Source: Octopus bimaculoides
Taxonomy: Eukaryota
Assembly (NCBI RefSeq): GCF_001194135.2
Contig: NC_068989.1
Location: forward strand, 47,029,482-47,084,903
Direction of reading: 5' to 3'
Length of the DNA: 55,422 bases
Shown: positions 45,945 through 55,422 of the stretch, one piece after another
How the letters are laid out: each line of letters starts with the position of its first letter
How positions within the stretch are numbered: the stretch's first letter is position 1
Made by a program: the position numbers and the translations under genes
Notes under the pieces: model-generated
Database searches by the model: none
What the model saw: the letters and a program-made list of their open reading frames with translations, nothing else
What the model was told of the DNA's origin: nothing

Positions 45945-46770
45945 GTATGTCATATCTTTGTCGCAGAATGTGTATTTCTACCTATGTTTGTTAATACGCA
46001 TGTATTTATGAACATATGTATGAATGTAAGCATATTTATATGTATACAAGTATGCATGGAGGTACTTTTGACTTTCTCTGAGTCATATTTTTGTTTTTCG
46101 AAGGATTCAAACCGTTCACAAAGACTGTGACAAAGTTTTAGGGATACGCCAATGCCTGAGTTATTGTTGTTAAAGATACACACACGAGCTTATACAAATA
46201 TCTGTGTAGATATATTCACGTTCATGTAAATGGTGTGCATATCTGAAGTACACAACTGTGCGTAATTACTTAATGTCATACGTTATATGGTTATATGTTA
46301 TGTGTATAAAATATTCATTCACAGTAGCTCAAACGAAGAATCCTTGGAATATTTTATACATCTTCTCTGTACCATTAATCGATTGAAATCAGTAGATGCT
46401 GGTCTGTTTGCTTTTTATCTGTTTTGAAAATAAACACTAGTAGAAGACTTTTACGCTAATCTGTTGTTACATAACCCATTGCACTTCTAATAATTAATAA
46501 GTGCAATGGGAAATTATAGGGTTTAGAAAAGAGTTAAATACGTTCACCATGGTGTTTTCTTCACCGCACAAGTTTAGAAGGAACCTCAAATCTATTGGTC
46601 AGCTGACCTCTATTACAGCATATGCACGTTTTTCTCTGTTCTATAGAACAATATCAGGTGTATCGGTCTTGTTCAGGTTTGATGTTTTATTAAAATGTTT
46701 CACCAGTGTTCTTTATTTTTGAAGGCGTTAGGTACATTCTTATTTTTAAGCGTCTTTGATATCACCAGTA

Positions 46771-47029
46771 GAGGCGCAATGGCCCAGTGGTTAGGGCAGT
46801 GGACTAACGGTCATAGGATCGCGGTTTCGATTCCCAGACCGGGCGTTGTAAGTATCTATTGAGCGAAAACACCTAAAGCTCCACGAGGCTCCGGCAGGGG
46901 ATGGTAACGAACCCTGCTGTACTCTTTCACCACAACTTTCTCTCACTCTTTCTTCCTGTTTCTGTTGTGCCTGTAATTCAAAGGGTCAGCCTTGTCACAC
47001 TGTGTCACGCTGAATATCTCCGAGAACTT
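46771..47029 (+). mobile_element. SINE family A, 3'-truncated
   Basis: gaggcgcaatggcccagtggttag...ggtttcgattccc...ctgaatatctccgagaact. Confidence 0.92.
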
Positions 47030-47429
47030 ACTAGTGCGGCACAATTGACATTTTCTCTCAGATAATTGCGGTTAAGAGATAATCTTAGATTCATCAAATA
47101 TTTAGTAGCTGTCTCCAGTTCTTGAACTATGAAGGTGTATGAGCTCTGCAAGATGTGATGTATTTATCACAAGTCCAGGGGCGGCTACACTTCTTATCAC
47201 TGTTTTTCATCTCTTCTCGCTTGCTCGTATATAATAAGCTTTTGCCGATACGATGATTGTTTCTCTCACACGTTTCCGTATATGTAAGTCAACTAATCTA
47301 ATCTATTCAAAACTAAGGGTGCTATAGATTATATACAGACGCACAATATCCATTGGGAAATTCTTCATCTACTCCAATAGAGAACTGTACTCCCAAGATG
47401 TTATTATTTTCAGTGATGTAGTCATTTTG

Positions 47430-47620
47430 ACACAATGATATATCCAGGAAGACAGAGAAGGCTGCACCACCCCAACTGCTACCCATTTTTATCTGAGTAG
47501 ACGGGATGAATGAGAAATGAAGTATTTTACTTCAAGACATAAAGCGTTGCTTAGTCCAAAAATTGACCCCATAGCTTTATGATCATGAGTCAAATATTCT
47601 AACTAGTAGGCCACGCCCGT
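47430..47620 (-). mobile_element. Old, diverged tRNA-SINE (E/F-type head)
   Basis: Degenerate reverse complement of the head/CORE-like block (ctgagtagac...gaaatgaagtattttacttcaagaca...ctaactagtaggccacgcc). Confidence 0.5.
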
Positions 47621-47869
47621 TCACAAAGCTTTTTATGTGAAATATTCTATATGAAGATTTTACCGTCATACTTTTGGATTTTTCAAACTGATCTCTTTAA
47701 TCTTGGAGACTAAATGGTTCTAAAAACTAATTAATTTATCTTAATCAATCACAGTTAGATTGCATATAATCACGTCTTAATTTTGGAATTATAATTTAAT
47801 ATTCACGTCTGACACCTTCGATGTATTACACAAGATTTTACGTTAGTGTATTGGTTACAACTGAAGAGG

Positions 47870-48140
47870 GATATAGCTATGTGATTAAGAACTTCGCTAC
47901 ATAATTATCGGGTCTTGGGTTCGATCTCTCTGCGCAGCACCTTAAGCAATAGTATCTTTTTACCATAGTTTCGGGTTGGTTAATGTTTTCTGAGTGAAAC
48001 TTGACGAACGGGAACTATCCCAAAACACGTTCAATTCCACAGTGCGATATTTTAGGCAAGTGTATAATTTTCTATAGCCTTCCATTTATCTATATCCTGT
48101 GTGTAAAATCCATTAAATGGAAATTGAATGGAAGCCGATT
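47870..48140 (+). mobile_element. Two highly diverged SINE family B 5' fragments
   Basis: gggttcgatctctctgcgcagcaccttaagcaa and ttcaattccacagtgcgatattttaggcaagtg. Confidence 0.5.
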
Positions 48141-48344
48141 TGGGTGGACTATAATTGTATTTTAATGGTCCATCTTTGTCACATAGAGTCACGTCGTCTA
48201 CACCTGTGAATTACATTCAGGGTACGCGTGACTGTGGAATACCCAGCCACTTATGTTAATTGAAGGAGCTTCGTAGTTTATGCGATCAAACATGATCAAA
48301 AAATTTGCCCGTGATTTGTTTATTATAATTTGTACTTAAAGTTG

Positions 48345-48690
48345 TATTTCTTGTGAAGGCAGAAGGCTTGAAATTTTGGGGAAAGGGGCTAGTCAATTAC
48401 ATCAACACCAGTACTCTACTGGTATTATTTCATCGACCCCGTAAGGATGGAAGGAAAAATTGGCCTCGGTGGAATTTGAACTCAGAACGTAAAATATATT
48501 TTAAAAAATATTAATCCTTTCTACTATAGACACAAGACTTGAAATTTCGGGGGTGGGGGACAGTCGATTACATTGACTCTAGTACTCAACTCGTACTTAT
48601 TTCATCGACACTATGAAGACAAAACACAAAGTCAGCCTCGGCAGAATTTAAACTCAGAAAGTAAAATTTGTATTTAAAATATTAATGAAT
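48345..48690 (-). mobile_element. Tandem pair of identically truncated SINE family C units
   Basis: Both units end at ctcagaa.gtaaaat followed by the same tattt(t)aaaa(a)atattaat linker. Confidence 0.8.
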
Positions 48691-48768
48691 AAATTTTGTG
48701 TACTAAAATTCAAATTTTGGTCTGTTTAAACATATTTCCTTATATTTTGTTTTTTTCATTTTTTACAG

Positions 48769-48834
48769 GCACAGTACCTGGGAACCAGAGGAAAATATTT
48801 TGGATCCTTTATTAATTAAATCTTTCGAAAAAAG
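48769..48834 (+). CDS. Pc: Internal coding exon of a Polycomb-type chromobox protein (chromodomain C-terminal part)
   Basis: Acceptor ttttttcattttttacag, donor AAG|gtgagt. 66 bp, phase 2/2, encodes HSTWEPEENILDPLLIKSFEK. WEPEENILDP is diagnostic of Pc/CBX2,4,6,7,8 (HP1 has WEPEENLDC). Length and phase match the conserved exon 3 of vertebrate Pc-type CBX genes as I recall it. Confidence 0.9.
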
Positions 48835-49636
48835 GTGAGTAAATGTTGTTTCTCATGTATGTCTTGAGTGCTTCCTCGTGCACATGATTGCTTGTGACAG
48901 TTTTAATAGAATTACAAAGATATACATTTAAGGATCGAAAACTCAGTACGGCTCTTTGATTTTTTGCTCAGGTATAAGATCATAGGTATTTACACCCAAT
49001 CTAACGAGTTAACGTCGACGACACAAAAATATCGATAGCAATCAAAACTGAAGCAGAAACCGCTTATACATTTTAAAATGAGCTACACCTTATCTGTCGG
49101 AAGTGAAGTGGGCAGATGAAAATAATATGAAATTTAAAGCATCGAAATTTCAGAATCATAAGTGTTAAGTGTATAGGCAGACTATGAATTATTTGACATC
49201 ATAAAATAAAGCAATTTAAAGCTCTAATGCAATATGGGACTTAGAAATTGTTATAGTAAACGCTGAATCTTTCACTAGGCAATGTACGAAACTGACCTCT
49301 GATTGTAGGCATTTCCCAGGATGGATCTTGCATACACGTGTCACAAAAGAATCTTTGTTATGTGGATTTATGGAAAACCATAGTTTTGAGTACATTGGAT
49401 AGCGATCCACCGAACATATCCGGTCTTTTAAAAAGAGAAAAAGAAGAGGCTTAAAGAGAATGTATAGTATTAAAATGAATTAATTTTAAAACCTCAGTTA
49501 CTAGGAACGTCTTAACGTTTACATCTCTAATCTCTTGAACATTGCCGAGAGATAGAATGCTGTTTATATTCGTTTATACGTATCAGCTCAAAGGTTGTGG
49601 CCTTGCTGGTGCACTGCTAGCGCGAAAAAGTTGAAC

Positions 49637-49711
49637 AGGCGGCTACGAAGAATCGAAATCCGTACCTCTCGGATACCGGCGGAGTACTCTGTACCATTAA
49701 GCTAAGTAGTC
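49637..49711 (-). pseudogene. Degenerate tRNA-like sequence followed by oligo-T
   Basis: Minus strand GACTACT-TAGCTTAATGGTACAGAGT-A-CTCCG(CCGGTAT)CCGAG-AGGT-ACGGATTTCGATTCTTCGT-AGCCGCC then gttcaacTTTTT. A- and B-boxes recognisable; acceptor, anticodon and T stems all mismatched. Confidence 0.55.
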
Positions 49712-52302
49712 CATGATATGGAAGAATTTTGAAGGTCATGTCCCACATTTTGGCGCTAAGAGAAACTTAAATGTACCAACTGGCAAATATTACCGGCTTC
49801 CACATACACCCCTTTTCTATCAAGAACGAGGACATGTTATTGTAACACTCAGATATTTAGAGGTCCTCAAGTGCCCAGCTGCCTAGTTAAAGAAATCAGA
49901 AATATTTAGGGAATGTTGGACAAACTCCCAACTAGAATATCAAGAGAAACTTGAACTGTGCTCCAGCATGGTCTTAGTCCAGTGACCGAAACCAGTAAAC
50001 GAATAACAAAATAACAGGAATACCACAAACATATGTGCATGAATATATATTTTTCAATAACAGTTTGACTCAGCTTAAATCAACTTAAAGTTTCGTGGGT
50101 GCGTAGTGCAAACCCATTTCATTAGATATCGGAATGTATATATATATATATAGATTATATATATATATATATATATATATNNNNNNNNNNNNNNNNNNNN
50201 NNNNNNNNNNNNNNNNNNNNNNNNNNNNNNNNNNNNNNNNNNNNNNNNNNNNNNNNNNNNNNNNNNNNNNNNNNNNNNNNNNNNNNNNNNNNNNNNNNNN
50301 NNNNNNNNNNNNNNNNNNNNNNNNNNNNNNNNNNNNNNNNNNNNNNNNNNNNNNNNNNNNNNNNNNNNNNNNNNNNNNNNNNNNNNNNNNNNNNNNNNNN
50401 NNNNNNNNNNNNNNNNNNNNNNNNNNNNNNNNNNNNNNNNNNNNNNNNNNNNNNNNNNNNNNNNNNNNNNNNNNNNNNNNNNNNNNNNNNNNNNNNNNNN
50501 NNNNNNNNNNNNNNNNNNNNNNNNNNNNNNNNNNNNNNNNNNNNNNNNNNNNNNNNNNNNNNNNNNNNNNNNNNNNNNNNNNNNNNNNNNNNNNNNNNNN
50601 NNNNNNNNNNNNNNNNNNNNNNNNNNNNNNNNNNNNNNNNNNNNNNNNNNNNNNNNNNNNNNNNNNNNNNNNNNNNNNNNNNNNNNNNNNNNNNNNNNNN
50701 NNNNNNNNNNNNNNNNNNNNNNNNNNNNNNNNNNNNNNNNNNNNNNNNNNNNNNNNNNNNNNNNNNNNNNNNNNNNNNNNNNNNNNNNNNNNNNNNNNNN
50801 NNNNNNNNNNNNNNNNNNNNNNNNNNNNNNNNNNNNNNNNNNNNNNNNNNNNNNNNNNNNNNNNNNNNNNNNNNNNNNNNNNNNNNNNNNNNNNNNNNNN
50901 NNNNNNNNNNNNNNNNNNNNNNNNNNNNNNNNNNNNNNNNNNNNNNNNNNNNNNNNNNNNNNNNNNNNNNNNNNNNNNNNNNNNNNNNNNNNNNNNNNNN
51001 NNNNNNNNNNNNNNNNNNNNNNNNNNNNNNNNNNNNNNNNNNNNNNNNNNNNNNNNNNNNNNNNNNNNNNNNNNNNNNNNNNNNNNNNNNNNNNNNNNNN
51101 NNNNNNNNNNNNNNNNNNNNNNTATATATATACATATATATATATATATATAGATAGATAGATAGATAGATAGATAGGTATGTATGTATGTATGTATGTA
51201 TGTATGTATGTATGTTTATGAATACGTACGCACACGTACATGCATACGTAGATGCTTTTGTACACGTTGACAAGAGGAAGGGAAAAAGAACATCATCCAA
51301 TTTTCGGTGAAGAAACTTCCTGGTGTAATCTGTTAATCAGTTTAAGACACATATTTAACATCAGCTGCCATAGTTATTGTGTTTCCAGAATACGATGTAA
51401 AAGACATAACTATTTTATAGTTAAGCAGCCATATTCTAAACATTTTCATCCATTTAATAAACTGTTACAACCTATATATGAGTGTTTATGCATACATCAT
51501 ACATTCTTTATCGTCATTTATCGATTACATAAAAACATTAAAGCTATTTTTACTCTAGACAATTACAATATTAAACATTTCAATTTTCATATTTCATATT
51601 AGTTATTAATGATAACAGTAATCTTATGTAACCAATCAAAATTATAATTACAAAAAGTATAATTACTATATTCAAACATTATAGTTATTATTAAACATAA
51701 AATTTACAAATTTAAATGTTCAAAGGGTATATAAAATCGTGTTTATCTAGGAAATTATGTGCATTCTTGATTGTATAGCATGGCTAGATATGCCGGAAGG
51801 CAAGCATAAGTGAATCAACGAGAATAAAGTAAATTTGATTTATTTCGCTCTATTTTTAAACCATGGCTGACATATTTACTGTTTGAACTGTATATCGTGA
51901 GTAACTGGATGTCCGTCGCGTTCTCAAGAACTGAATTACTTCCTGGAAATTACGTTCTTTGTTATTCATGACCTAACATGAATGCCAGGCTACAGCTAGT
52001 TGTAGGTACAGATCTCTTTCCCTTCAACTGTCTCAGCCATAATATTCTTGTAGATTAATGATTGGAAGACCGAGAGAATGTCTATGAAGGATTACGACTA
52101 CATAAGTACCACAAAGAACTAGCGAAAGCGTAGTACACGCATCTAGGTCAAGCACCCGTGTGAGAGTCTGTTATGCATGCAACTGTCTTTCACACACTAT
52201 TCAGCAGACATTTTATCTATATCGTTGCACAATTTGAAAGGGGATTTCCTAAAGTAAGGGAGTTAAACCCTGCTCTACAGATTTTGAATATTATGTAATA
52301 AA

Positions 52303-52505
52303 TGGAGGTGGTGAGCTGGCGGAATCGTCAGCACGCCGGGCAAAATTTTTAGCGGCATTTCGTCCGTCTTTACATTCTGAGTTCAAATTCCGTTGAGGTC
52401 AATTTTGCTTTTCATCCTTTAGGGGTCGATAAAATAAATACCAGTTGAGCACGGAGGTCGATGTGATCGACTAGTCCCCTACACCAAATGTGCCAAAATT
52501 TGAAC
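52303..52505 (+). mobile_element. SINE family C, full length
   Basis: ggaggtggtgagctggcggaatcgtcagcacgccgggc...tttcatcctttaggggtcgataaaataaataccag. Confidence 0.88.
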
Positions 52506-52529
52506 CCTACCATGTTCTTTTCCACTCTA

Positions 52530-52700
52530 AGGCTAGTCGATTAGATCGATGCCAGTACGCAACTGGTACTTAATTTATCGACCCCGAAAGGATGAAAGGC
52601 AAAGTCGACCTCGGCGGAATTTGAACTCAGAACTTAAAGACAGACGAAATACCGCTAAGCATTTCGCCCGGCGTGCTAACGTTTTTGCCAGTTGGCCATC
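52530..52700 (-). mobile_element. SINE family C (young-looking, tail-to-tail with the previous copy)
   Basis: agtcgattagatcgatgccagtacgcaactggtacttaatttatcgaccccgaaaggatgaaaggcaaagtcgacctcggcgg. Confidence 0.9.
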
Positions 52701-52914
52701 TTTGAACCCTACTATATTATGTAACCATTGACGGGAAGCTTTCCAAATTTGACACTAGGGCCTTATCCATTCACTTAAAGGTTCACAAGTTAGAGACTGC
52801 TGGTTCACANNNNNNNNNNNNNNNNNNNNNNNNNNNNNNNNNNNNNNNNNNNNNNNNNNNNNNNNNNNNNNNNNNNNNNNNNNNNNNNNNNNNNNNNNNN
52901 NNNNNNNNNNNNNN

Positions 52915-53295
52915 GGAGGCGCAATGGCCTAGTGGTTAGCGGACTCGCGGTAATAGGATCGCGGTTTCGATTCCCAGACCGGGCGTTGTGAGTGTTTATT
53001 GAGTGAAAACACACTAAAGCTCCACGAGGCTCCGACAGGGGATGGTGGCGAACCCTGCTGTACTCTTTCACCACAACTTTCTCTCACTCTTACTTCCTGT
53101 TTCTGTTGTGCCTGTAATTCAAAGGGCCAGCCTTGTCAAACTGTGTCACGCTGAATATCCCCGAGAACTACGTTAAGGGTACACGTGTCTGTGGAGTGCT
53201 CAGCCACTTGCACGTTAATTTCACGAGCAGGCTGTTCCGTAGATCGGGTCAACTGGAACCCTCGAGGTCGTAAGCGATGGAGTGTCAACAACAAC
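52915..53295 (+). mobile_element. SINE family A, near full length
   Basis: ggaggcgcaatggcctagtggttag head to gtaagcgatggagtgtcaacaacaac tail. Confidence 0.94.
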
Positions 53296-54147
53296 ATTTT
53301 CAACAGTTTTATTATCAAACATGAATGAACGGGAAGTGGACCTTAAATTATCACCCAATCTCAATCATTCTTGTGAATCATTCCATGTTCTCACAGTTTC
53401 TATATCTACATAGGGTTTTTTTTCCCGATGATGTAGTAAGCATCTGTTCTTTTCGTTTTCTTCAAGAATTTTGAATTTGAAAAGAATTTAAGAATTTCAA
53501 AACAATGTCACGGGTTTCCTAATATTTTGATAATGTTCACCGCAATATTTGGTCACAAGAAAAGATAGACTATCATAATCAGTGACAACGCCTACTTGTT
53601 TAATGTAATTTTTAATAGATTAATTACATTTTTTGTAAGAAAAGTTTGGTCGATAAAAAGTCTATTTTTTAATGATCTTGAAGTAATCCATTCGGCATAC
53701 TATGCAGAGTAGCCAAGAATTCGGTGAAATTCCTTATTATTTTGATCTATATGAAATCTCAAACTTGGTATGATTAAAGGTGGGGCTGCTAGTTCTTCGG
53801 AAATAATGGAATTCCTTAATCCGTTACGCAAACGTCTTACAAAATGCGCCAAAGTGTGTTAGGATTCAGTTCGTATTGTTTGACAATCTTCTCTATTTTG
53901 TCTATGAATTGGTAACATGATTATATTGATTAAACTGTTCCAAATTAATCAATCTACAATCAATTCGAAAGATACATATATCGCTAGCTTCTTATCTGTC
54001 CTTGTAAATGATGGCGATGAAAACGTAACTGTCGTCTGTTACGTGGCTTTCATCATAACACTCAATACTGCAAGTACAATGGATATAACATATTAAATCA
54101 TTCGTCGTTGCCCACCTTCGGACATATACACATCCATACACATATGC

Positions 54148-54228
<81 letters not shown>

Positions 54229-54533
54229 CTGACAGACAGACAGACAGAGACAAAGAGACAGAATTGATACGTACATACATTCGTACATATGTATGCAAAT
54301 GTGAATATCGCTTTCAAAGAGAAAACGGCTAAATATTAACAATGAACATCTGTTTCGAAACTTGCAGCTTCTATATCCAGATTACAAATATACTCTTACA
54401 CCACTAATAATTGTACGCTTGGTTTTGTGAGTAATGCATAACCAACAGTCTGGATAAGATTGACTTTTCAGAAAAATAAATCTTACACATTAGCAAATAG
54501 ACTAGGACATTAGAAATACGCACACATTACACA

Positions 54534-54650
54534 CATTACAACTAACTCATACACACACATTACAACTAACTCATACACACGCATTACAACTAACTCATAC
54601 ACACACAATACAACTAACTCATACACACACACATTACAACTAACTCATAC
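54534..54650. repeat. Minisatellite CATTACAACTAACTCATA(CA)n, 5 copies
   Basis: Core repeated with variable (CA)n spacers, period ~24-26 bp. Confidence 0.92.
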
Positions 54651-55422
54651 ATTAAAAATACAATCTGTAAGTGGAACAGTTAAATTATGCAAGACTTTTC
54701 TCAAGTTTAAAATGTGACATTGTTCTTCTTATCCACATTTTAACGATGGAGCTTTGTACCTTTGTTAGAAACCAACACCTTCCTCTGAGGAAGAATTAGA
54801 TTAATTACAAACAGAAGAGAACCATACATACATACATACATTCAGACATACATACATACATACATACATACATACATACATACATACATACGTACATACA
54901 TACACATGCAACTATATGCATGAAAATGCATACATAAAACAAAACATACAATTCTGTACGTATACATATATACAAAAATATCCTGTTGAAGCTGTTAAAA
55001 GAAGCCTTGGATCTAGGTTAGAAACTGGTTCTTTCTCTATTGGCAAGAAATCTTGAAGTAAAACTGAATAATGATATACATACGTACATATATGTACATA
55101 GTTTTAGTTTTATATACGTGTATTTCAAGCTAAAACTACGACCATCAGTCACATGTGAGGATAACTTGATAGCTCCTTATAGGTTCCCATATAATCGTGA
55201 GCATACCCAGTCAATCTCTCGGCCCTCCTCTATGTAGCCGAGAGAAAAAGATCGTAGGAAGAAAGTGGCTACAAGTCCACTAAGATCGTACGCTATTTGT
55301 CATCGGAGAAGGTTGAGCTGCAAAATTTATCCTGGACAGGATTTCAACTCAGCGCACAGTGACCGAGACAATCACACTCACTCACATGTACACTCACACA
55401 TATACACGCATTTGCGTATATA

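Noticed and set aside
21293-53295. tRNA genes at the heads of SINE-A, B, E and F copies
   Set aside because: A/B boxes are present but continue into SINE bodies with TSDs; they are not standalone tRNAs.
411-55237. Most ORFs in the supplied track (poly-VC, YI, HT, RE, X-rich)
   Set aside because: They are translations of dinucleotide or tetranucleotide microsatellites and N-gaps, or of SINE sequence; no domain content.
55225-55300. Possible Pc exon 4 after tatgtag
   Set aside because: The required phase-2 frame gives REKKIVGRKWLQVH then a stop, with no AT-hook-like KRGPKPK motif.

Overview
Eukaryotic, AT-rich, repeat-dominated, essentially non-coding DNA from a draft assembly with many N-gaps, most of them flanked by (AT)n/(AC)n. 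The SINE repertoire and microsatellite load look like an Octopus (coleoid cephalopod) scaffold; this is from recall of the repeat families, not a database match. Almost all ORFs in the supplied track are microsatellite or gap artefacts. The one confident host coding feature is a 66-bp + strand exon (48769-48834) encoding the C-terminal part of a Polycomb-type (CBX2/4/6/7/8-like) chromodomain, HSTWEPEENILDPLLIKSFEK. Its neighbouring exons are not visible in the sequenced part of the window. The remainder comprises: about 50 copies or fragments of five tRNA-derived SINE families (working labels A, B, C, E, F are mine), two decayed RLE-type (R4/Dong-like) non-LTR retrotransposon 3' ends each embedded in a different microsatellite, a CR1-like LINE 3' fragment, two internally deleted DD37D/maT-type Tc1-mariner remnants, a TA-flanked MITE, a long-TIR foldback MITE, a hAT-like non-autonomous element, two DINE-1/HINE-like non-autonomous Helentrons and a Penelope-like tail. 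The most unusual signal is a set of four minimal type-I hammerhead-ribozyme-like motifs (2301, 3869, 13153, 36134) in three unrelated contexts, each near-complete but with one or two defects. No CRISPR, rRNA or intact tRNA gene was found. I see no intact novel multi-gene system; the best leads are transposon-borne RNA and targeting phenomena.
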